From: Eledone cirrhosa
Taxonomy: Eukaryota
Reading direction: 5' to 3'
Assembly (NCBI GenBank): GCA_964016885.1
Contig: OZ024741.1
Coordinates: forward strand, 36,022,001-36,086,000
Length of the DNA: 64,000 bases
A program made the translations under genes and the position numbers. The notes under the pieces were generated by a model. The model saw only the letters and a program-made list of their open reading frames with translations, was not told the DNA's origin and did not search any database. Below are positions 1-10,407 of this stretch, one piece after another. Each line of letters begins with the position of its first letter. Position 1 is the first letter of the stretch.

Positions 1-371
1 TTCTGGCGGGAGGTTATGTAGCGGTTGTCTCCCTTGTTTCGATTAACATCTAGACGGGAAGTAGAACCCTTTCTGTAACTTCCGGTCAGAACCCTATAAA
101 ACTAACAACTTTAAGTTCTCACTCTCTCATTGCCCTTTCGGCACCAGGCCAAGAGCCTCTCATTTGCCTTTCGGCGCCTGGGCCTTAGCCAGGCGTCCTC
201 TGCCAGCCGCGTTTGCCTGGCAATCAAAACGGTAACGACTAACTTTGTTTCATTCTTTCATCTATTTCTTTGGCATGTCAACTATACTATCTACCATTGT
301 TAATTAAATATTATACACATCAAACCATGTCTCGTTTTGTTACATTCATGCAACCCAGTACTCTCGCTATA
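1..371 (+). mobile_element. 3' LTR (17-371) with preceding polypurine tract of a Gypsy-type LTR element; diverged relative of the element at 20177-22285
   Basis: TTCTGGCGGGAGGTTA is followed by TGTAGCGGTTGTCTCCC...CAGTACTCTCGCTATA. This is colinear with the reverse complement of 20177-20560, including the PPT. TATA-like CCCTATAAAA lies at ~92-101. The terminal CA has decayed to TA. Confidence 0.85.
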
Positions 372-3310
372 TGACAATGCTCCTTACATGCAAACAAACA
401 CAAAAAACCTCACTCCTCACCAACAATGAGTGAAAAATAAAATAAAGACGATGTGTAGTAACAGTAGAACCAGAACTCTCCAATATAAGCTGATCACTCT
501 CAAACAAGAATTCAGAGCTGTTAGCGAAAAACGCCGATACCTGAAGAAAGTAGATGAGAGAAAAGTGCTTAATAAAAGATTCAGACGAAACCAAACATCA
601 GTCTATAGAGATATGAAGGGCAAAATAATAAGTGTCACTGAGGCCCCATCCCAGAAAGACATAGATTCCTTTTGGAGTAAAATATGGGGTGGAAAGAAGA
701 ATTTCAACCAAGATGCAGTGTGGCTAAGAGAAATCCGAAAGAATTATTGCTCCTACACTACAACAAAAACATACGAAATAAGTGAGGGTACCCTTGAGAC
801 TGTGATAGGAAAACTCCAAGATAAGAAAACACCAGGAAGAGACACGATTGTCGGCTACTGGTACAATAAAGTGATATTCTATTGGAGGCATCTTACTAAC
901 CTCTACCAACAAGTTCTTAAGGGAGATGCACTTATACCAGAATGGTTGACATTAGCACAAACATTATTGGTCACCAAGAACAAAGACACCCACTTGGCAA
1001 AAAACTACCGACCCATTGCATGCCAGAACCTGATGTATAAGATGTATACAGCCTGCCTGAACCTATTCCTCCAAGATCAATGAAAATAATATCATCACAG
1101 GTGAACAAGCAGCTGGAAAGAAAGGGGTTTGGGGATGTGCTGAACAACTCCTAATCAACAAAACTGCGATGTCAGAGGTGCGACAAATTAGGAGGAATAT
1201 GGCTATAGTCTGGCTGGACTACAGGAAAGCTTTCGATTCTGTTCCCCACTCTTGGATGATAGAGGCCCTCCAACTTGCTAAAGTCCCAGACATTATTGTC
1301 AGAGCCATAGAGAGGCTGTTTTCTTATTGGGCTACTATCCTAAGGTTAAAGACAGAGAGGGAGGACTCTATTTTCACTGATAAAATAAAATATTGCAGGG
1401 GTATATTTGAGGGGGACAGTCTCTATCTGTGATATTATTCATCTTGTCATTAAACCCCTTGTCCTTTCTGCTCAAGAAATGTGAGGGATACATCATTGGC
1501 TCACAGGAGGACAGAAATACGAACCTAACCCATAATTTCTTTGTGGACGATCTGAAACTCTATGCCAAGAACATGGATGGGATGAAGAAAAATCTTGACC
1601 TGGTTACAACATTCTCAAAGGATATAGGAATGGAGTTTGGCCAAGATAAATGCTCATACATGACTGTAAAGCGGGGAAAAACAACAACCCAATCTAGCAA
1701 CATTGTCATCAATGGCCTAACTGTTTCACCGATATCTGATGAGGACTGCTACAGATACCTGGGGATAGATGAGAACATATCCTATAATGGTATCTGTAAT
1801 AAAGAATGCGTAACCAGGGAATACTACACCCGATTAAGAAATATCTGGTCATCGGAACTCTCTGTGCAAAACAAAACAGTGACTCACAATGTGTTTGCTG
1901 TGCCTGTCCTAACACCAACGTTTGGAATACTCAATTGGACGATAGACGAAATCCGAACAGTTGATGTTGGAACTCGAAAAATACTAAACAACACTGGAAA
2001 CTTCCACATCAACAGTGACATAAACCGCGTTTACTTGAAACGTAAGCAGGGAGGCAGAGGCCTAACATCAGTCCAGACAACATTTGAATGTCGCATCATA
2101 TCTCTCCGACAACATCTACGAACCTCGAAGCGTAGGAGCCCGTTTCTCGAGTAAGTCTATCTGCATGAAACAGATAAGATCATGAGAGTTGGGAAAGAAC
2201 TCCTCAAGAGATATTCCCTGTGTGATAATCAAAAACTCGCACCCAGGGAAGTCGCTCAGCAGTATCGGAGTGAATCCATGGATGAAAGACTGCATACTTA
2301 TCAGCAAAAAAACATGCATGGATATGTTGCCAGGAAGCTCCAGAGTGAGAGTAATATAGATAAGGAAAGTAGTCTATCTTGGACCAACAACCACTATATT
2401 GGCTCCCACTTTAAAGGATACGCTTTTGCAATCCAAGAACAGGAGATTAACACGAAATACCTGATTCACAAAAGAGATAGGGATGCAGGCAAAACACCTA
2501 CATGTGATAACAAGTGCAGACTCTGCAGAACTAACATCGAGGATATCACCCATATCATCAGCAGCTGTCCAAAGATGTCATCGCGGTACTATCTACCTAT
2601 GAGGCATGATGTAGTGGCCAAAACACTGTACAATGCAGTTCGTAAAAAAGATAACCCCGATAATAAACACATTAAAAGCTACAGCAATGTGGAAGACATA
2701 CATGTACATAATATGAAAGAGTACTGGTGGAATGTTCCAGTAAAAACCCCAATAAAATACAGGCATAACAGACCAGATATTATGATATGGGACAGGGAGA
2801 AGAAAGCATGCACAGTAGTGGAAATTAGCTGCCCAGCAGATGCCAATATAATATCAAAGATTAGTGAAAAGGAGTATATTTATGCAGAACTTATGAGAAA
2901 TCTGCAGATACTCCACTCTGACTATACCTGATTTATGCCTGTGATTATTGGGGCACTGGGGTATGTTAGTAACTGCCTCAGTACAAATCTTGAGAAGCTA
3001 GGCTTTACAGGAACAGAAAGAACACAACTAGTTAGGAAATTACAAGTACAATCCATTAATGGAACAGTAAAAATATGTAAAACATTCCAAAAATGTTGCA
3101 TCTAATAACTGTATATACACATGCACACATACAACTCAAAACATACACATCCACACATACAATAACATCCATATCCATATATGCATGCATACATACATAT
3201 CTACCTAGTTGATGTTGTGTAAATTCCAATGAGATAGTCTTGTGTCTATGTTAGAATCCGACTCTCTCTCTATTGGGAAAAAATGTGTAAAATTTTAAAA
3301 CCAGAAGAAC
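372..3310 (+). mobile_element. Degenerate non-LTR retrotransposon with restriction-like endonuclease (R4/Dong-like); 5' part interrupted by the LTR
   Basis: Consecutive ORF pieces give RT motifs (NYRPIAC, WLDYRKAFDSVPH, RGIFEGDS, FFVDDLKLYA, YRYLGI), a CCHC knuckle (CRLC..EDITHIISSC), RHD, and the RLE motif RPDIMIWD..VVEISCP. The 3' UTR runs to the (CATA)n tract at ~3310. Confidence 0.85.
430..3105 (+). pseudogene. RT/RLE polyprotein pseudogene of the R4/Dong-like element
   Basis: Frameshifts at ~1081 and ~1428. In-frame stops at 2152-2154 and 2929-2931. The reading frame continues FMPVIIGALG...KTFQKCCI* to 3105. Confidence 0.85.
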
Positions 3311-3478
3311 ATACATACACACATAAAACATACATACATACACATACATACATACATATATACAAAGATGCATACATACATACATACATACATACATACA
3401 TACATACTTGCATACATATATGCTTGCATACATGCATACATATATACATGCATACATACATACATACATACATATATA
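3310..3478. repeat. (CATA)n/(CATG) microsatellite
   Basis: Direct reading. Confidence 0.95.
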
Positions 3479-3480
3479 GT

Positions 3481-4314
3481 TGAAAACTCTGGTACAAACA
3501 CTACACTTGTGACAATTATTGTCACATGGAGGCACATGGCTTAGTGGTTAGAGCATTGGGCTTGCAATCGAAAGGTTGTAAGTTCAATTCTCAGACTGAG
3601 TGATGTGTTGTTTCCTTGAGCAAGACACTTTATTTCACATTGCTCCAGTTTACTCAGCTGTAGAAATGAGATGATAGGGACTGGGGTCCCTATTATTCCA
3701 CTGCAAAGTGGTCGTGGAGGTGCCACGGCAAAAAAGCACCCAGCAGTCACTGTAAATGAGGTTGGTGTTAGGAAGGGCATCCAGCTGTAGAAATCAAGCC
3801 AGAATCAGTTCCCGTCCCACCCTTGCAAGCAGGGAAATGTGGACGTAAAATGAAATGAAAGTGCTGGGCCCATGGTACCATGTGACGACAAGTGCAGAGA
3901 GATCTCCAAATATAAAGCAATGCCTGTGCCGTGAAGCTTTTATAGTGAGCAAAGGCACTGCACAAAGCCAGTCCCACTCTCTTGACCAAGATGATATTTA
4001 CCAAAAAGAAGAACAAGTCAACATCATTGGATACCATCAGGGTTGCAGGTGTTATATCAGAGTTTTCCATCTCCTAGAATTCTGCCTTGACAAAGGCTAA
4101 GGGGTCATCTCTCCCGGTGATTTTGGATGGCCATTGACTCTTAAGAGCTCCTTTGCCCTTTGACAGGTTTTGTTTTTAGTCCTGCAGGATGTCCAAAGTC
4201 ACCCTCCTCACCAAGAAACCTTGGTGGGGTTGCCAGTTTAGTCGCCAACGACCCGACCATGAGACAGGTTGTACTTGGATACATGTTACCAGTAGCACCA
4301 ACTGGTGACCTGAC
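3481..4314 (-). mobile_element. Non-autonomous bipartite RTE derivative (5' UTR fused to C-terminal Zn-finger remnant), interrupted by a SINE, 3' end missing
   Basis: 3915-4314 is homologous to the RTE 5' UTR at 8823-9050 and to 9490-9873. 3481-3527 translates CHKCSVCTRVF on the minus strand. Confidence 0.7.
3528..3859 (+). mobile_element. tRNA-derived SINE with CORE-like middle and LINE-derived tail
   Basis: A-box TGGCTTAGTGG and B-box GTTCAATTC. CORE-like segment CCTTGAGCAAGACACTT...CAGCTGTAGAAATG. The tail is shared with the LINE 3' UTR at 10408-10600. Confidence 0.85.
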
Positions 4315-4379
4315 ATACATACATACATACATACATGCTTCCATACATGCATACATACTTGCATACATATATGCTTGCA

Positions 4380-4644
4380 TGGTGGCTACCAACTCGTTTT
4401 CGAGTACGGCCACTACTTTATATCCATGTAGGAGAACCCCTACCAATGCGCTGAATGAGTGTGACTTTTTAGTCCAGCCTGTGACATGAAAACTCTGGTA
4501 CAAACACTACACTTGTGACAATTATTGACACATAGTGCTGGGCCCATGGTACCATGTGACGACAAGTGCAGAGAGATCTCCAGATATAAAGCAATGCCTG
4601 TGCCGTGAAGCTTTTATAGTGAGCAAAGGCAGTGCACAAAGCCA
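4380..4644 (-). mobile_element. 5'-truncated second copy of the bipartite RTE derivative (no SINE), with RTE-type 3' end
   Basis: 4487-4644 matches 3481-3527 joined directly to 3860-3970. The minus strand encodes CSVCTRVFMSQAGLKSH. The 3' stem-loop CTCG-AAAA-CGAG precedes the microsatellite. Confidence 0.7.
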
Positions 4645-4798
4645 TATGCTTGCATACATGCATACATACATACATGCATACATACATACTTGGATACATA
4701 TATGCTTGCATACATACATAAATACATGCATATATACATACATACATGCTTGCATGATGATGGCTGCCCCCTCATTATCGAGTATGGCCATTGCACGA

Positions 4799-4838
4799 GA
4801 AAAAAAAAAAATAAAATAAATAAAATAAAATAAAATAA

Positions 4839-4886
<48 letters not shown>

Positions 4887-4903
4887 AATAAATAAAAAAA
4901 AAG

Positions 4904-4946
<43 letters not shown>

Positions 4947-5020
4947 CATATATACATACACACATACATACACATACACACACACATATACACACACACA
5001 CACACACATACATTAATAAC

Positions 5021-5058
<38 letters not shown>

Positions 5059-5185
5059 TAATAATAATAATAATAATAATAGCAATAATAATAATAACGA
5101 CAACAACAATAATAATATACATATTCATATGTATATACACACACGCACGCACATAAGCATATCTACACACACACACACACACACG
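4799..5185. repeat. Compound microsatellite An/(TAAAA)/(TAA)/(TA)/(CA)
   Basis: Direct reading. Confidence 0.95.
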
Positions 5186-5192
5186 ATAACAA

Positions 5193-8100
5193 CTAACAGT
5201 GCTGCGATCGAATGTGGCTTTTTAGCCCAGCCAATGATCTACAATGTCTTGCACAGAGTCGGCAACCAAAACATTCACTGGGAATAGTCGGCTGTGGTTG
5301 GAGTTTGTGTACTTTTGCATGTCGCTTGAGCCCTCCTGCTGATTTACATTCTCTACTACATGTTTGGCAAGCATGATGAGTAGCATCTCCAACAGCAGCC
5401 TGGTAGTCAACCACTGGTCTTACTTTATGACTGCGAAGATGACTTTCGAGTCCAGCTTTGCTTAGGCAGAGTCTCGCACAGACGCTGCATGTCAGCACCA
5501 TAGGAGGACCCTCGCCGTCTGGAAGTGCAATGCCCTTCCTCACATCCCGCTTTACTTTCTCGTGTGCGATTCGAGATGCCTCAAAGGCAACTTTTCCCTC
5601 ATATACAGTCTTTCTCCATTTATTACGATCAGCAGCAATATTTTCCCATGTATCAGCAGAGATGTTAGCGTCTTTCAGAGAGGCTTTCAAGGAATCCTTA
5701 TACCTCTTTTTTGGTTTATGTGGCGGTCGTTTTCCTTTAACCAACTCTCCATAGAAGAGTTGTTTTGGTATTCTAGAATCCTTCATCCTGGCAAGGTGAC
5801 CACTCCAACGGAGTTGTTGCTTAAGCACAAGAGCTTCTATACTGTCACACATAGAGCTTTCCAAAATCTCGACATCACTGATGTGGTCCCTCCAGTGAAC
5901 GCCATGGATCCGTCTGAGACACATCTGATGGAAACGCTCCAATTGCTTAAGGTGGTGTCGATATGTGACCCAGGTCTCGCAGGCATAAAGAAGACAAGAG
6001 AGTACACATGCCCTGTACACCTTTACCTTTGTCCTCCTGCATATGTCTCGCCGACCCCAGAGTCGCCTTTCTAGCTTTCCGAAAGCATCACTTGCTTTCC
6101 TAATCCTAAGTGAGATTTCACTGTCAAGGTTGCCGTATCGATTGACAGTGCTTCCCAGGTAGACAAACTGATCAACCACTCCAAGTCGTTTGCCATACAC
6201 ATAGATGTTTGGTTCAGTGTACTGCTTACTAGGGGCAGGGTGGTACATGACGACGGTTTTCTTGAGACTGACAGTCAAACCCAGGGCAGTGCAAGCGTCA
6301 GAAAATGCATTCAAAATGTGCTGCATATCACTCTCTGTGTGCGCTACAAGATCGCAATCATCTGCATACAAGAGGTCTCTTATGATTGATGTAAATACCT
6401 TTGTCTTCGCAGCAAAGCGCCTGATGTTAAATGTGCTGCCTGAGGTTCGATATCGGATGTAAACACCATGCTCGCAATTCCTGAATGCAATACAGAAAAC
6501 CATTGCAAAGTATATGGCAAACAGGGTCGGTGCTGGAATATCCCCCTGTTTCACTCCATTTTTTACTGAGATAGGCTCCGACATGTTACCTCCGACATTA
6601 ACCCAAGCCTTCATGTCGTCATGGAAAGACCTAACTAAAGCAAGGAACTTATCAGGGCAACCAAGTTTCTGGAGAACCTTCCATAATGCCTCTCTGTTGA
6701 TAGTATCGAAAGCCTTTGTCAGATCGACAAAAACCTGATACAGATCCAAGCCTTGTTCAATGCACTTCTCCTGGAGCTGTCTAGCTGAAAAGATCATATC
6801 AGTAGTGCCGCGTCCAGCACGAAAACCAGATTGACTTTCAGGAAGAACACAATCTGCAATGTGTGTCAGCAGACGGTCCAGAAGCACCCTACATAAAACT
6901 TTCCCTACGACAGAAAGCAATGATATACCTCTGTAGTTCCCACAATCATTCGTTACCCTTTCCCTTGTACAAGACCACCATTACTGCATCTCTCCAGTCC
7001 TCAGGTACGGATTCATTAGCCCATATCCTTCCAAACAAAGAGTGCAGATGTTGCAGGAGTCTCTCACCACCATATTGTAGGAGCTCAGCATGTATGCCAT
7101 CCATACCTGGAGATCTCCCACTGTTTAGCTTCGAAATAGCCACTGCAACCTCCACAAGCGTCGGAGGTTCTGCGAGAGCTACTTTCACAGGACTTTCTGG
7201 AATGAGATTGAGGAAATCTTCACTGACGACAGACGGCTGATTCAAAAGATCATCAAAGTGCTCTCGCCACCTTCGTAGAATTCCCTGTGAGTCACGAAGA
7301 AGTTCTTTGCCATCCTTGCTGCGAAGCGGTGTCACCAGAGAAGAAGGCGGTCCATAAACCTCACGCAAGAGACTGTACAACAGCTTTGTGTTATTGGAAT
7401 CAGACGCAGTTTGTATCTCACCAGCCTTCTCACTCCACCACTGATCCTTCATCTGAGAAAGACTCCGCCTAACACGTGATTTTACATCCCTGAGCTCCTC
7501 ATGCAACGTATTCCTCTCCTGTGGTTTTGCCGTCAAGTAGCGTGACAGAGCACGCCTCTTATCAGCCAACAAGTCTTCTATATGTACATCATTCTCATTA
7601 AACCGGTCCTGATGTTTTCTCTGCACCAATGCCAGAACACGCCTGCCTACACCATAAACCGACTTTTTAAGGGTCGGCCAATCCTCACCAAGATCTGCAG
7701 CCTGCATCTCTTCTTCCAATGTCCTCTTCACATTTTTATCCTTAAGACGAGCAGCATTCAATCTTTTGGGCAGGGTAACACCAGGAGCCCGGATTTTACG
7801 TTTGGTGATTAGTTTAACTTTTGCGCGTACCAGGCGGTGGTCCGTCCAGCACTCAGCTCCACGAAGAACACGAACACACTGCACATCCTGTCTGTCACGC
7901 ATCCTGACTAGGACGTAGTCCAAAAGATGCCATTCCTTAGATGCAGGATGCATCCATGTGGTCTTGAATTTGTTCTTTTGTTGGAACATGGTGTTGGTAA
8001 CACACAGATCCAGCTCCTCACACATCTGCAGCAGGAGCATACCATTGCTGTTACACTTTCCCACCCCATGCCTTCCGATTACATTCCATGTGTTAAAATC

Positions 8101-8729
8101 CCTACCCACTCTAGCATTAAAGTCACCAAGCACGATGACTTTGTCTGCCTGAGGGATATTTCTTAGAACACCTTTCAAGGCATGGTAAAAGGACACTTTT
8201 CCTCATTGACAGAACTCATAGTTGGAGTATACACACTCACCAGGGTAGCATATCTTCCTTTGTCCAGCGGAACTCTCATGGACATAAGACGCTCACTAAT
8301 CCCTACTGGGAATTCTTCTAATTTATTCACAAGTACAGTCTTCACAGCAAATCCTACCCCAGCCTCTCTTCTGGTTCCTTCATCTCTTCCTTTCCAGAAG
8401 AATGTATATTCTCCACAAAATTCCGTAAGATGACCCTCTCCAGCTAACCTCGTCTCAGATAAAGCCACGATGTCAAGATCGTAACGTCGAAGCTCCTTTG
8501 CAACAAGAGCGGTCATTCGTTCAGGACGCTCCAAGGAATCCCTGTCAAGCAGCGTCCGTACGTTCCAGCAGCCAAGACTAAATGCCTTGTTTGGATCTAT
8601 TAAAATGGCACGATGACGAGCGGGCCCAGGCTGTGATAACTTGGGGCCCCTGCCCTTATTGCCAATGATCTTTTTTGTTCCAGAACCTAAATTGCCAATT
8701 ATCTCTTTTACATTGTTCTGGAACATCAT
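5193..8729 (-). pseudogene. RTE ORF: AP endonuclease + reverse transcriptase + three C2H2 zinc fingers; two frameshifts
   Basis: Endonuclease motifs GCWNVRTL, DIVALSETR, VLGDFNARVG, LLDYVLV, WTDHRLV. RT motifs FVDLTKAFD, GVKQG, LLYADD, FVYLGS. C-terminal CxxC..HxxxH x3. Frameshifts at ~8190 and ~6950. Confidence 0.9.
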
Positions 8730-9235
8730 TGAATTGAAAAAAAAAAAAAAAAAAAAAAAAGTAATAATAATAATAATAATAATAATAATAGTACACTATT
8801 AATAATTATTAATGCACTCGCGCAATGCCTGTGCGTGACGAATATTTTTAAAGTGAGGAAAGACTGTGCACTGAGCCAATCCCACTCTCTGAGCGACAGT
8901 AGCTATAACCCGAAAAGAAGAAAAGATCAACATCATCGGTAACTACTGAGCCGCAGGTTTTATATCGGAGTTAACCCAGTTTCCTGAGATGCCTTCTCCT
9001 AGAAGAATGCCCTGACAAGGGCTAGGGGTTCTTCACTCCCAGTGGTTTAACTGCGCGATCGGGTATCCAGCCCGATTATTTCTATGTCCCCGCGCAAAAA
9101 GAAAAAAAAAACAAAAAAAAACTCACTTATTGACACTTATACGTACGACATACACACACACGCATACATATGCGCGCACACAGCAACACATCATACAAAC
9201 AAATACACACACACGCTACTCTACTCACTTACACG

Positions 9236-9266
<31 letters not shown>

Positions 9267-9334
9267 TACCGTCATTACATGCTTGCATACATACATACAT
9301 ACATACATGCTTGCATACATGCATACATACATGC

Positions 9335-9873
9335 ATGATGATGGCTGCAACTCGATTTGGAGTAATGCCATCGCTATAGTATCACAAGTATGAGGATCAT
9401 AGATGTGGCTTTTTAGTCCTGCTAGGGACTTGCATGTGGCCAGCAATACCAAGCATCGCTAAGAAATGTCAAATATCAAGCTGCCCGCTTCAAGCTTTTT
9501 TTAAGTGAGGGAAGGCTTTGCACGGAGCCAATCCCACTCTCTGAACACCGAATGCATTTACCCAAAAAGAAGAACTGGTCTACATCATTGATTGCAAACA
9601 AAGTCACAGGTTTTATATCAGAGTGACCTTCTCCTAGAGAGATGTTTTAATGAAGACTAGTACTCTCTTGCTCAAAAATAAAAAATAAAAATCTTTATTG
9701 GATGGCCGTTGACTCTCCTGAGTTCCTACCCACTTTGACGGGTCTTGTTTTTCATCTAGCTGGGTGTAGAAGCACACCCTCCTCACCAAGCTAGCTCGGT
9801 GGGGTTACCAGTTTAGTCACCAATGACCCAACAATGCATAGGTTGTACTGGTAGCGCTAAAGAGCAACCTGAC
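9335..9873 (-). mobile_element. Complete ~540-bp bipartite non-autonomous RTE element
   Basis: The 5' UTR homolog (9873-9490) is joined to a TCKSLAGLKSHI zinc-finger remnant (~9440-9400) and an RTE 3' end. It is flanked by (CATA)/(TA) microsatellites. Confidence 0.75.
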
Positions 9874-9921
9874 ATATACAAAAATATATATATATACATA
9901 CACATATACATATACATACAC

Positions 9922-9962
<41 letters not shown>

Positions 9963-10244
9963 TCATCATCATCATCATTTTACGTCTGCTTTTCCCTGCT
10001 TGCAAGGGTGGGACGGGAACTGATTCTGACTTGATTTCTACAGCTGGATGCCCTTCCTAACACCAACCTCAGTGAGTTACTGGGTGCTTTTTTTCCGTGG
10101 CACCTACACGTCCACTTTACAGTGTGGGCTGGGTGCTTTTTTTGCCGTGGCACCTCAACGACCACACATCACCCAGTCTGAGAATTGAACTCACAACCTT
10201 TCGATTGCAAGGCCACTGCTCTAACCACTAAGCCATGTGCCTCC
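9963..10244 (-). mobile_element. tRNA-derived SINE, same family as 3528-3859 (middle deleted)
   Basis: The reverse complement starts GGAGGCACATGGCTTAGTGGTTAGAGCAG and ends GACGTAAAATGATGATGATG. Confidence 0.85.
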
Positions 10245-10407
10245 ATATATATAAAAACATATATATATGTGTGTGTATATCATCATCATCATCATCATCA
10301 CCATTTTACATCAATTTTTTCCATGCTAGCATGGGTTAGACGATATGCGTGTGTGTGTGTGTATGTGTTTGTGTGTGTGTGTATGTATGTATATATATAT
10401 ATATATA

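Larger units (their letters stand above)
4755..9050 (-). mobile_element. Near-full-length RTE (BovB-like) LINE; 3' UTR inflated by microsatellites
   Basis: 5' UTR at 8790-9050, APE+RT+C2H2 ORF pieces at 8729-5193, and RTE-type 3' terminus TCGTGCAATGGCCATACTCGATAATGAGGGGGCAGCC at 4798-4762. Confidence 0.85.

Noticed and set aside
3528-3600. tRNA genes at SINE heads (also ~10170-10244 and 17298-17385)
   Set aside because: No complete cloverleaf, and the sequence continues into SINE body and tail.
4230-4314. Canonical HDV-like ribozyme call
   Set aside because: P2/P3-like pieces and a CUAA linker are present, but I found no P1 partner. It is kept only as an unclassified structured RNA.
3251-5182. 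ORFs rich in YVCM/HTYI/poly-L/poly-I (also 9084-10436 and 14741-15225)
   Set aside because: Translated microsatellites.
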